Shown piece after piece: positions 8,768 through 17,393 of a stretch of 64,000 bases of DNA (the stretch's first letter is position 1; every line of letters begins with the position of its first letter). The position numbers were made by a program, and so were the translations under genes. The DNA lies in assembly GCA_045540195.1 (NCBI GenBank), contig JAZQGS010000001.1:28324-92323 (forward strand). Reading direction: 5' to 3'. This stretch comes from Acutalibacteraceae bacterium. GTDB lineage: Bacteria; Bacillota; Clostridia; Oscillospirales; Acutalibacteraceae. The notes below the pieces were generated by a model. The model made no database searches and was not told where the DNA came from. It saw only the letters and a list, made by a program, of their open reading frames with translations.

Positions 8768-9304
8768 TTATCGGATTGAATATGTAACAACTTCACCTCT
8801 GCCGCTTGAATTGACAAGGTGGAATTTAACGAGAAGCGGAGCATCTGTGTTCTCAGCAACTTCCTTCGGAACGCTGATGTAAGCCGAATATGTTGCGGCT
8901 TCGGCAAGCGGCTCCAAATTATTGAGAGTGGGATTCTGAGTACAGTAACCCGTGGTGTTGAAGCTGTCAATAGAATAGGTGTATCCGTCATTGTAATCGA
9001 CAGTTACGATTGCTCCGGGGATGTAGGTATCTTTCTTGTCAGCTGTGGGGAAATATCCGAGCTTTGTTTTACCGATATTCTTCAAAGAGAAGTCGATAAG
9101 TATAAAGGTCTGACCCTCGTTCGGGGCTCTGATAACGCCCTCCTCCTTGATGTAATATTCATCACCGAAGGAAGCGTTGATAAGCTTTAATTCTACCGCA
9201 TCAGTACCGAATGTATCGCCTACCTGATATTCGGTGCTGCCACCGCAGGCAACGAAGGACAGACACATTACTGCCGCTAAAAGCAGTGCTACGATTTTTT
9301 TCAT
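8768..9304 (-). CDS. lipoprotein, DUF4352-like
   Basis: Lipobox LSFVAC after a signal peptide, a GGAGG RBS, and a beta-rich body resembling DUF4352 (identified from memory only). Confidence 0.75.
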   Translation of the reverse strand: MKKIVALLLAAVMCLSFVACGGSTEYQVGDTFGTDAVELKLINASFGDEYYIKEEGVIRAPNEGQTFILIDFSLKNIGKTKLGYFPTADKKDTYIPGAIVTVDYNDGYTYSIDSFNTTGYCTQNPTLNNLEPLAEAATYSAYISVPKEVAENTDAPLLVKFHLVNSSGRGEVVTYSIR

Positions 9305-9323
9305 TTGTTTTTACCTCCAAAAA

Positions 9324-9497
9324 TAAAAAAAGTGTGTGCAACCGAAGCTACACACACCGAAAAATGCGGAACTTCGATTTGCTACCACACAAAATCTTCG
9401 TCACTCATACAAGAAATGCGAATAAGAAGCCCGCACTTTTGCCTAAAGACAAAAATGCCAACTCTTGTATGAGCATATATTAGATTTTGTGTGGTAA
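9324..9497 (-). ncRNA. structured 5' leader or small RNA of unknown class, ending in an intrinsic terminator
   Basis: 15-bp helix (9383-9397 with 9482-9496), 11-bp helix (9404-9414 with 9463-9473), and an inner 11-bp hairpin. The terminator is ggtgtgtgtagc-ttcg-gttgcacacac plus U7 (9324-9358), immediately upstream of the lipoprotein RBS. Confidence 0.5.
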
Positions 9498-9501
9498 AAG
9501 C

Positions 9502-9530
9502 ATTATACCATAGTTTATTTTTGAATGCAA
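9502..9530 (-). promoter_or_regulatory. sigma-A-type promoter for the structured RNA
   Basis: Reverse strand reads TTGCAT, 17 nt, then TGgTATAAT (extended -10). Confidence 0.65.
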
Positions 9531-9589
9531 TATTCTTGTTCGGTAGGGATGAATGCTCATAGTGCTTGCGACAAACCGTGAAATTAAAC

Positions 9590-9623
9590 ATCAAACAAAT
9601 AAGGGACTGCTGAGGCAGTCCCT
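9590..9623 (-). terminator. terminator of tadA
   Basis: Hairpin agggactgc-ctca-gcagtccct followed by a T-rich tract on the reverse strand. Confidence 0.65.
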
Positions 9624-9625
9624 AT

Positions 9626-10078
9626 TTATTTATTCCTTCTCAGATTCCTGAAAAACTCTGTCAGCTTGGATGCGCATTCGTCCTGCATAAAGCCTGAGAC
9701 AACCTCGGGCTTATGATTATACGGCAGCTCAAAAAGGTTGACAACGCTTGAACACGAGCCTGCCTTATAGTCAGATGCGCCGTATACAAGTCGCTTTATT
9801 CTGCTGTTGATTATTGCGCCCGTACACATCGGACAGGGCTCAAGCGTAACAAACATATCACATTGCCAAAGTCTCCATCCGCCGAGAGTGCGGCATGCCT
9901 CATCAATCGCCTCAAGCTCCGCGTGGGCAAGGGCATTTTTGTCTTTTTCACGGCGGTTGCGGCCTCTGCCGACGATTCTGTCGCCGAGTGTTATTACCGC
10001 TCCGACGGGAACCTCGCCGTCAAGTGCGGCTTCATCTGCGAGGCGCAGAGCTTCCTTCATAAAATCAGCATCATTCAT
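9626..10078 (-). CDS. tadA: tRNA adenosine(34) deaminase
   Basis: Deaminase zinc motifs HAELEAI and PCPMCTGAI, 150 aa. Confidence 0.92.
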   Translation of the reverse strand: MNDADFMKEALRLADEAALDGEVPVGAVITLGDRIVGRGRNRREKDKNALAHAELEAIDEACRTLGGWRLWQCDMFVTLEPCPMCTGAIINSRIKRLVYGASDYKAGSCSSVVNLFELPYNHKPEVVSGFMQDECASKLTEFFRNLRRNK

Positions 10079-10081
10079 AAC

Positions 10082-11314
10082 TTAAACCGCCGCTCCGAAA
10101 ATTGAAAAAACTGAAATTGCACCGAGAATTGCTGTCATCACCATCGATACGGTATAGCTCTTGCGTGGCTTGAGCAGGGGACTCTTGCGTGCAAAAAGAA
10201 TCCACTTAAAAAGAAAATACATTACGGCAACCGAGAGACCTATCAGAACAACCATACCTGATGCACGGCCGATTGATGCGAGCGAAAGCGACATATAGAT
10301 TGCCGTGAAAAGCGAAAATATCATTGTCGGCGCACAGACAAACGCGAATTTTTTTATTGTTCCGTGCTTGCTTAGGATTGATGTATCCTTTCTTAGCATC
10401 GTGTGGCAGTTCTTTTTGAAAAGCACCATCGCAATCGCGCCGACAAGTATGATTGCCGCCGTTACAATGTAATAAACAAACGCGCCTTCCTCAGGCTCTC
10501 TTTCAAAATAAGCGGTCATTATAACCGAATAAAGATTGTTGATGAAATGGATTGCAACACTTGTCCAGATGCTCTTTGTCTTTATACAGAAATATCCGAG
10601 CGCGATTCCGACAATGAAGGCGAACGGAATCTGCACCATATTGCCGTGAAGAATGGCAAAGGCAAAGGCTGATGCAATTATTGCGAAGCGGTCGCCGTAT
10701 TTTCTCAGCGGCTGCATAACAACACCGCGGAATGCGAACTCCTCAAAAAGGGCGGGCGCAACCGCAAAGTTGACAATCTGAATCAGAAATCCGAATACAC
10801 TTGTCGGTGAAGCGAGGTCCTCGAGTCCTGAGTTGAAATCGATGCCGAACATCGAGAAAATAACAGACAAAGACGAGGTTGCGCTGTTACCGATAATGCA
10901 GAACATAAAGCCTGCAAAAAGAGCCAGAATAAAAAGCTCTTTGCTTTCGGGCAGGTCAAAAAACCTGATTTTTTGTTTTTCCTCAGCCTTGCGGGGCAGA
11001 TACAAAAGGAAAAACGGAACAAAGGTATATGCGAATTGCGCAACTGTGCTGACCGCATGATAATAAAATACATCTGAGCTGTAAAGCGACCAGAACGGCG
11101 ACATTCCGATAACCGTGCCGACGACAGTCTGCATCAATACGCTGAAAATGAGTGCAAGGCCCGTAAGCGTGCCGAAGCGCCTGAGCTGAGAATACTGCTC
11201 GTCGACAAGCGGATTATGTCCGCCGAACATGGTGTATATATTCTGATAGTAGGTATGGTCGGAATTGTTATATTGTGCATCCGCGGCATAAGCGCCGTAT
11301 TGATTGTTATCCAT
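10082..11314 (-). CDS. CPBP-family intramembrane glutamic endopeptidase (CAAX protease-like)
   Basis: Motifs EEFAFRG, FAILHG and HFINN within a multi-TM protein. The N-terminus is Q/Y/N-rich. Confidence 0.85.
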   Translation of the reverse strand: MDNNQYGAYAADAQYNNSDHTYYQNIYTMFGGHNPLVDEQYSQLRRFGTLTGLALIFSVLMQTVVGTVIGMSPFWSLYSSDVFYYHAVSTVAQFAYTFVPFFLLYLPRKAEEKQKIRFFDLPESKELFILALFAGFMFCIIGNSATSSLSVIFSMFGIDFNSGLEDLASPTSVFGFLIQIVNFAVAPALFEEFAFRGVVMQPLRKYGDRFAIIASAFAFAILHGNMVQIPFAFIVGIALGYFCIKTKSIWTSVAIHFINNLYSVIMTAYFEREPEEGAFVYYIVTAAIILVGAIAMVLFKKNCHTMLRKDTSILSKHGTIKKFAFVCAPTMIFSLFTAIYMSLSLASIGRASGMVVLIGLSVAVMYFLFKWILFARKSPLLKPRKSYTVSMVMTAILGAISVFSIFGAAV

Positions 11315-11475
11315 TTTTTCACCTCTTACCTGACTTCTTTTTTCATTATATCCTAAATTACCACTTTTATCAAGGCTATCAAATGTTAACTTTTTAATAA
11401 CATTATAATAATACTTGTTTTTTTCATAGGTTTAATGTATAATTTAGTGGTATATAAATTTAAGGAGATGAGTCT

Positions 11476-13224
11476 ATGGACCCGATCAAAGTTGACTTCA
11501 CCGGCAGTTCCTCAAACGGACCTGACAAAAAGACAGGTGTAGTTATCCCTCCCGAGAAAAAGGGACTTAAAATTGTTATAAACATCATCGCCACACTTCT
11601 TTTCGGCGCTGTGCTTTATTACTTTATGCTTCCCGTTTTCAACTTCAAATCAGTAATGATGTATGCATTCCTCGGTGCATTGGCGGTTTTCTACTGCGTT
11701 ATCAACTATGTGACCAGCGGCGCTCTGCGTACACCTGATTACGCTCCCTATGCTAATAAATCGTCACTCGTGCCGAAAATTTTCATCGGTGTGCTTGCCG
11801 CGGTTGTTGCTGTGGGCTTTATCGTTTCGTCGGTTTTCTTCCGCGCTTCAAGCTATGCGAAGATTATTGATGTTCACACAGGTGACTTCTCTCAGGAGGT
11901 TACCGAGGCTGACTTCTCAAGCGTTCCCGTGATTGATGAGGCAACAACAGCTGTTATGGCCGACCGCGCACTTTCTGACCTTTCAGAGCTCGGACTTGTT
12001 TCACAGTTCACAGTTCAGCCGAACTACTATCAGACCAACTACAAGGACACTCCCGTCCGTGTTGCCTGCTTGCAGTATTCAAATATCATCAAGTGGTTCA
12101 CCAACACAAAGAACGGTCTTCCCGCTTACATCATCGTTGATGCAACAACACAGAAGGCTGAGCTTGTCGAGGTTGAGGGCGGTATCAAGTATTCAACAGC
12201 CGACCACTTCAACAAGAATGTTATCCGTCACGTGCGTTTCCAGTATCCGACATACATTCTCGACACTCCGACCTTCGAGATTGACGAGACAGGCCATCCC
12301 TACTGGATCTTCGCAAAGCTCGATATGACAATCGGTCTTTTCGGCGGTAAGGATGTTACAGGCGCAATCATCGTTGACGGTGTTACAGGCGAATGCACAG
12401 AATATTCAATCGAGGACATCCGCACAAAGGCCGAGCTTCAGTGGATCGACCGTGTTTATTCCGCTGAGCTTCTCAACGAGCAGTACAACTTCTTCGGCAG
12501 ATATCAGGATGGCTTCTGGAACTCAATTCTCAGTCAGAAGAACACATACTCAACAACCGAGGATTACTCATATCTTGCTCTTAACGATGATGTTTATATG
12601 TATACAGGCGTAACATCACTCACAAACGACGAATCAATCACAGGCTTCATTCTTATCAATCAGCGTACAAAGGATGCAAGATACTATGTAATGGCAGGTG
12701 CTAAGGAATCTTCTGCACAGTCATCAGCAGAAGGTCTTGTTCAGCAGTATGATTACCGCGCATCCTTCCCGCTTCTTCTCAACATCGACGGTGAGCCGAC
12801 ATACTTTATGTCACTCAAGGATGCAAGCAGCCTTGTCAAGGGCTACGCTATGATCAATGTCGGTCAGTATTCAATCGGTGCAACAGGCACAACACTTACC
12901 TCCTGTATCGACAGCTATGTCAAGGAGCTTGCAAAGAACAACATCAAGGTTGATGTTGACACAGACGAAATCGTTGACAATCCGTCAGACAGTGACACAG
13001 ACGAAAAAATTACCGCAACAGGTGTTGTTACAGAAATCCGTACGGCGGTTATCGACGGCAACAGCGTTTACTATATCAAGCTCGATTCTTCATCAAGCTA
13101 CTATTCAGTAAAGGCTGCAGACGCTGAGAATGTTGTTCTTGTCAATAAGGGCGACAGCCTCACCGTTACAATCACAACTGACAAGGGAAGCATCATTCCC
13201 GCATCTGCAATCGAGGTTAAATAA
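11476..13224 (+). CDS. conserved-looking membrane protein (three N-terminal TM segments plus a large extracytoplasmic domain), unknown function
   Basis: AAGGAG RBS, hydrophobic segments in residues 30-125, and coding-like composition throughout. Confidence 0.75.
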   Translation: MDPIKVDFTGSSSNGPDKKTGVVIPPEKKGLKIVINIIATLLFGAVLYYFMLPVFNFKSVMMYAFLGALAVFYCVINYVTSGALRTPDYAPYANKSSLVPKIFIGVLAAVVAVGFIVSSVFFRASSYAKIIDVHTGDFSQEVTEADFSSVPVIDEATTAVMADRALSDLSELGLVSQFTVQPNYYQTNYKDTPVRVACLQYSNIIKWFTNTKNGLPAYIIVDATTQKAELVEVEGGIKYSTADHFNKNVIRHVRFQYPTYILDTPTFEIDETGHPYWIFAKLDMTIGLFGGKDVTGAIIVDGVTGECTEYSIEDIRTKAELQWIDRVYSAELLNEQYNFFGRYQDGFWNSILSQKNTYSTTEDYSYLALNDDVYMYTGVTSLTNDESITGFILINQRTKDARYYVMAGAKESSAQSSAEGLVQQYDYRASFPLLLNIDGEPTYFMSLKDASSLVKGYAMINVGQYSIGATGTTLTSCIDSYVKELAKNNIKVDVDTDEIVDNPSDSDTDEKITATGVVTEIRTAVIDGNSVYYIKLDSSSSYYSVKAADAENVVLVNKGDSLTVTITTDKGSIIPASAIEVK

Positions 13225-13227
13225 CTG

Positions 13228-13992
13228 ATGAGCAAACGCAGAGTTGAGATTTTCTGGACGGGCGGCTACGATTCGACCTTTCGCGTCGTACAGCTATCCC
13301 GCCTGGATATCGTGATTAAGCCGTATTATCTGTCGGATAACCGACTTAACGAGAAATACGAGCTTGGTGCCATTGAAAAAATAACAAAGCTCATCCGTGA
13401 GCATCCCGATACAAAAGCAGAGCTGCTTGATACAGAATATGTTCCCGTTCAGGCAAGACCTGAACCGCGCGAACAGACTCTCGGCGCGTACGAACGGATT
13501 TTCAAAAAGCAATGGCTCGGCAACCAGTATGTCTGGCTTGCAGATTTCGCGAGCCTGCACAAGGGGATCGAGCTTTCTATCGAAAAAGACACAAATCCTG
13601 TTCGGCTCATCAGCGCAAACGGAGGCTTCACAAAGCAGTCGGATGCGGAAATCGGTGATTTCTATATTGTCGATAAGGATAAAACCGACGCTGATTACTG
13701 TGCTCTTTTCGGAGATTTCGGTCTGCCGCTTCTCGATGTTACAAAGCTCGATATGAAAGAGTTTTTTAACACATACGGCTACGGCGAGATTATGAAGTCG
13801 ACCTGGTTCTGTCACACTCCGATTGACGGCAAGCCATGCGGAAAATGCAATCCCTGCAAGGGTGTTGTTGAGGAAGGTATGGCAGAAAGACTCGATGACG
13901 AGGCACTCAGACGATACCGTAAGGCAAAGCTTGTCGGCAGAATAAAATCGACTCCGCTTTTTAAAGCAGCTAAAAAAATACTCGGAAGATAA
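13228..13992 (+). CDS. QueC-like PP-loop ATP pyrophosphatase family protein
   Basis: N-terminal WTGGYDS (variant of SGGxDS) and the C-terminal zinc pattern CHTPIDGKPCGKCNPC (C-x8-C-x2-C-x2-C) as in QueC. The start is 3 nt after the upstream stop. Confidence 0.7.
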   Translation: MSKRRVEIFWTGGYDSTFRVVQLSRLDIVIKPYYLSDNRLNEKYELGAIEKITKLIREHPDTKAELLDTEYVPVQARPEPREQTLGAYERIFKKQWLGNQYVWLADFASLHKGIELSIEKDTNPVRLISANGGFTKQSDAEIGDFYIVDKDKTDADYCALFGDFGLPLLDVTKLDMKEFFNTYGYGEIMKSTWFCHTPIDGKPCGKCNPCKGVVEEGMAERLDDEALRRYRKAKLVGRIKSTPLFKAAKKILGR

Positions 13993-13995
13993 AAT

Positions 13996-14027
13996 AAGCA
14001 GTATCAATCGTCTGATTGATACTGCTT
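13996..14027. terminator. bidirectional terminator hairpin
   Basis: aagcagtatcaatc-gtct-gattgatactgctt between convergent genes. Confidence 0.7.
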
Positions 14028-14031
14028 AACT

Positions 14032-14691
14032 TTATTTATTCTCTTTAAATTTAACCTTTGGCAGGTCGAGCTTGAATATCGTCGCGAGAACTCGTATTAC
14101 AAAGGTCACAATCACGGCAATCACGATTGAACGGGTTCTGTCGAAATCCGCGCTGACAAGGTGATAATAAACCGTGCCGCCTGCGATTGAGGCGAGCGCA
14201 TAGATTCTCTTCTGAAGCACAAACGGAATCTCCCTGAGCATAACATCACGAAGCACTCCGCCGCCGATTCCCGTGATAACACCGAGACAAACGGCAAGAA
14301 TTCCGTTGAGTCCGAAGCCCGAATCAATAGCAACCTGAACACCTGTTACGGTGAAAAGTCCGAGTCCGATTGCGTCGAAAATATTGTTGACGCTGTCAAC
14401 TGTTTTTACGCGCTTCTGATATCGGTCGCGGAATATGTATGCGATTACAAAAACGACTGTCGAAACTATGACGGCGACCATAACATAGCGATAGTCTGAA
14501 AACATCCGCGGAGGTGTCGCACCTATCAGGATGTCTCTGATTGCACCGCCGCCGAGGGCTGTGATTGAGCTTAAAACAAGCACGCCGAAGATGTCGACCT
14601 TTTTGTTGATTGCAACCATCGCACCCGAGGTCGCAAAAGCAATCGTACCGATAATTTCGACAATGAAATAAATTAAATCTTCAAGTTCCAT
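14032..14691 (-). CDS. trimeric intracellular cation channel (TRIC/UPF0126) family membrane protein
   Basis: Duplicated glycine motif GGGAIRDILIG and GGGVLRDVML in a 7-TM-like protein. Confidence 0.85.
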   Translation of the reverse strand: MELEDLIYFIVEIIGTIAFATSGAMVAINKKVDIFGVLVLSSITALGGGAIRDILIGATPPRMFSDYRYVMVAVIVSTVVFVIAYIFRDRYQKRVKTVDSVNNIFDAIGLGLFTVTGVQVAIDSGFGLNGILAVCLGVITGIGGGVLRDVMLREIPFVLQKRIYALASIAGGTVYYHLVSADFDRTRSIVIAVIVTFVIRVLATIFKLDLPKVKFKENK

Positions 14692-14697
14692 TTCAGT

Positions 14698-16515
14698 TTA
14701 TTCACCACTAACAACATATTGAAGAATAAGCAGGGCGTCAAGAGAATTTATCTTTCCGTCTCCCGACATATCTGCGCTAAGCCGTCTTGCAGGGCCGAGC
14801 TCCTGCTTGCCGACAGCATAGTTGAGAACAACGAGCGCATCGGTCGAATTGACCTTCGCGTTCATATCGGTGTCACCGCGCACGGAAACCGTGAATTCAC
14901 CGAGGGTTGAGCCGTTACCGCTGATTTTAATTTTTGTTCCCGTTGCCACAAGTCCGCCGACCGTGACGGTATAGCTGACTGTCGCTCCGCCCTTGAGGTC
15001 AAGATATTTTTGTGTGAACTGATCGGTTGTCAGTCGGGGAGTAATACCCGAGATGATTTTTGTGGTTTTATTGAGAACTGCGCCGTCAGCCGCATCAAAG
15101 GTGTATGACGGATTGACAACGGGCGGCTTAGGTGTAACGGACGGCTTGTTACCGCTCATTCCGAGCTCCTTGATAATTGACGGATAATCATAGTAGCAGA
15201 AGTTCAAGTCAACATTGCCCTTGATTCCGGGAACAGAGCCCTTCTCGGAATACTGCCACATTCCGTAGGGCCCGTCGTATGTACAGGCGTTTGCATACTG
15301 CGCAATCCAGAAATGATAATCGGTAAGCTCCTTTGCCTTGAGCTCATCGCGCGCGAAAAACTTGTCACAGTATATGCCTGCGTAGTATCCGTTAGACTCG
15401 ATTTTTTCACAGAAGGCTCTCGCAATCTCGGTTGCCCTTGTTGCGCTCAGAGCGCGCTGGTCATCAGTTTCCATATCGTAATAGACGGGCATTTCAAATA
15501 CGCAGTCATTTTCCTTTATCATTCTGAGAACAAATTCTGCCTCCTCGAGCGCCTCACTTACGGTGAGAGCCGCGCTGAAGAAATAGCATCCGACAGGGAT
15601 TCCCTGAGCCTTTGCCTCGCGGTAGAATTCAACGAATTTCTTATCCGCACCGATTCCCTTGCTGACAGTCGCACGGTATCCGATTCTCAGGATGATTCCG
15701 TCAACGCTGTCTGCGATTTTCTCCCAGGATGTGATTTCGTTCCAATACGAAAGGTCGATAACATCCCAGTTGACCTCGCCGTATCCCGGGTCGGGACCTG
15801 CGGGCGCGGTGACGGTAAAGGTTTTTTCGAGAAGCACCTTATCTTTATTATATGTGTCACTTGCGACGATTCTGTAAATGTATGTACCTGCGCTAAGGCG
15901 AGAAAAGGTCATATATCGGTCAATGTTGCTGATGCTGTATGTCTTTGTGCCGGGATTGACGGTTTTTGTGAACTGCAATGAACCGTTTGAGCTTCTGACA
16001 GAGCAGGTGACGGCGGTGATTGTATAATCGGAGACCACCGTTCCTCGGACAGAGAAGGTCTTACCCTCGAGGTAAGATGAGGGATAGTTTGCATCCTCGA
16101 GCCTGAGAGTGTCAAACTGCTCCTTTGAGATAACCCTGAATTCCTTTTCGAGCAATACCACACCGCTTTGTGCGGTATCCGTGGCAACGATTCTGTATGT
16201 ATATTCACCTTCGGTCAGCTTCGAGAAGGTCAGCAGATAGTCGACATTATGTATGTCATAGGTTTTTGTGCCGGGCTTGCCCGTATATTCAAACGCTTTT
16301 TCACCCTCGGTATCGTATACACCGATTGTGACGGTCATAATCTTGTTGCTTGATGTAACCACTCCGTAAACGGAAAAGGTGTTGCCCTCTATAATCTCGG
16401 TCGGATAAACCTCGTCTGTGAGTGTAATGTCTGACGCAGCCATCACAGGCATTGTTAAACAAAGAAGCAGAATTACGACAGCTGAAAAAGCTGCAATGAG
16501 TTTCTTCATTAACAT
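14698..16515 (-). CDS. secreted GH25 lysozyme (muramidase) with two Ig-like repeats and a C-terminal dockerin
   Basis: A signal peptide and two ~95-aa internal repeats (...GTKTYDIHNVD... / ...GTKTYSISNID...). The GH25-like core has VIDLSYWNEI and GIILRIGYR. The dockerin is DTDMNAKVNSTDALVVL ... DMSGDGKINSLDALLIL. The ATG at 16515 follows GGAGG; the track ORF extends to 16533. Confidence 0.85.
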   Translation of the reverse strand: MLMKKLIAAFSAVVILLLCLTMPVMAASDITLTDEVYPTEIIEGNTFSVYGVVTSSNKIMTVTIGVYDTEGEKAFEYTGKPGTKTYDIHNVDYLLTFSKLTEGEYTYRIVATDTAQSGVVLLEKEFRVISKEQFDTLRLEDANYPSSYLEGKTFSVRGTVVSDYTITAVTCSVRSSNGSLQFTKTVNPGTKTYSISNIDRYMTFSRLSAGTYIYRIVASDTYNKDKVLLEKTFTVTAPAGPDPGYGEVNWDVIDLSYWNEITSWEKIADSVDGIILRIGYRATVSKGIGADKKFVEFYREAKAQGIPVGCYFFSAALTVSEALEEAEFVLRMIKENDCVFEMPVYYDMETDDQRALSATRATEIARAFCEKIESNGYYAGIYCDKFFARDELKAKELTDYHFWIAQYANACTYDGPYGMWQYSEKGSVPGIKGNVDLNFCYYDYPSIIKELGMSGNKPSVTPKPPVVNPSYTFDAADGAVLNKTTKIISGITPRLTTDQFTQKYLDLKGGATVSYTVTVGGLVATGTKIKISGNGSTLGEFTVSVRGDTDMNAKVNSTDALVVLNYAVGKQELGPARRLSADMSGDGKINSLDALLILQYVVSGE

Positions 16516-16600
16516 TCTTGTTTTTTCCTCCATTTTGGCAAATATAGTGTATTTTTCGACTATTTGTTATATTATAGCATAAATGCAGTTATCTGTATAC

Positions 16601-16629
16601 TTGCAAATCGAAAAAAATGTTGGTATAAT
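16601..16629 (+). promoter_or_regulatory. sigma-A-type promoter upstream of tcdA
   Basis: TTGCAA, 17 nt, then TGgTATAAT. Confidence 0.6.
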
Positions 16630-16653
16630 TTAGTAAATTTTCAGGAGGCGGTT

Positions 16654-17346
16654 ATGGGTATTTTTGACAGAAGTGAAATCCTGCTCGGCGCAGATGCTCT
16701 GACAAGGCTTAAAGACTCACACATCGCGGTTTTCGGTGTGGGCGGTGTCGGCTCTTATACTGTTGAGGCGCTTGTACGCGGCGGTGTCGGCAGACTGAGT
16801 CTGTTTGACGGTGACACCGTCAGCGAAACGAATATAAACCGCCAGCTTGTTGCAACAACAAAAACTGTCGGTAAGGATAAGGTCGCGGTCGCCAAAGAGC
16901 ACGCATCAGAGGTTAATCCCGACATTCAGGTTGAAGCGTATAAGCTTTTCTTCAGCTCAGAAAATGCCGACAGCATCGAATTCTCAGCCTTTGATTATGT
17001 AGTTGATGCAATCGACACGGTGTCATCAAAGATTCTGCTGATTGAAAAAGCAAAGGCGGCTGGAGTTCCCGTCATAAGCTGTATGGGCGCAGGCAACAAG
17101 CTTGATGCCACTCGCTTTGAGGTTGCGGATATCAGCAAAACGAGCGTATGCCCGCTTGCAAAAGTGATGAGATATGAGCTCAGAAAGCGCGGCATAAGCA
17201 AGGTTAAGGTTGTTTATTCAAAGGAAGAGCCGATAAAGCACGGCATCAGTGAAAACGGAAGACCGTTACCCGGCAGCGTATCCTTCGTTCCGTCCGTTGC
17301 AGGACTCATCATTGCGGGTGAGGTTATAAAGGACATCATAAAATAA
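16654..17346 (+). CDS. tcdA: tRNA threonylcarbamoyladenosine dehydratase (ThiF/E1-like)
   Basis: Rossmann motif VFGVGGVGSY and ThiF-family length. The ATG at 16654 follows AGGAGG. The track extension to 16564 overlaps the promoter. Confidence 0.85.
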   Translation: MGIFDRSEILLGADALTRLKDSHIAVFGVGGVGSYTVEALVRGGVGRLSLFDGDTVSETNINRQLVATTKTVGKDKVAVAKEHASEVNPDIQVEAYKLFFSSENADSIEFSAFDYVVDAIDTVSSKILLIEKAKAAGVPVISCMGAGNKLDATRFEVADISKTSVCPLAKVMRYELRKRGISKVKVVYSKEEPIKHGISENGRPLPGSVSFVPSVAGLIIAGEVIKDIIK

Positions 17347-17349
17347 AAG

Positions 17350-17392
17350 AACCGATATGTGTACGGCTGTAACACATATCGGTTTATTTTTT
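17350..17392. terminator. bidirectional intrinsic terminator
   Basis: 13-bp stem aaccgatatgtgt / acacatatcggtt followed by a T-tract. Confidence 0.8.
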
Positions 17393-17393
17393 A

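Noticed and set aside
9405-9476. 23-codon hydrophobic ORF (MLIQELAFLSLGKSAGFLFAFLV) inside the structured RNA, a possible type I toxin.
   Set aside because: There is no purine-rich RBS upstream of the ATG, and the ORF simply spans the hairpin arms. It is kept only as an alternative to test by Ribo-seq.
9324-9530. SRP (scRNA) or 6S RNA, because the B. subtilis SRP RNA gene follows tadA.
   Set aside because: No SRP domain IV features are visible (GNAR loop with flanking AGCA/GGAA-type symmetric loop). The internal loops are too small for a 6S-type central bubble. It is left as unclassified.
13294-14007. 237-aa ORF antisense to the QueC-like gene.
   Set aside because: The plus-strand frame carries the PP-loop and zinc motifs. 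The minus-strand translation has no motifs and no RBS.
15313-15981. 222-aa ORF antisense to the GH25 gene. Similar long antisense ORFs occur at 19608-20186, 22622-23281, 42898-43512, 55098-55730 and 58895-59509.
   Set aside because: Each lies fully inside a motif-supported gene on the other strand and lacks start signals. These are typical shadow ORFs in moderately GC-rich coding DNA.
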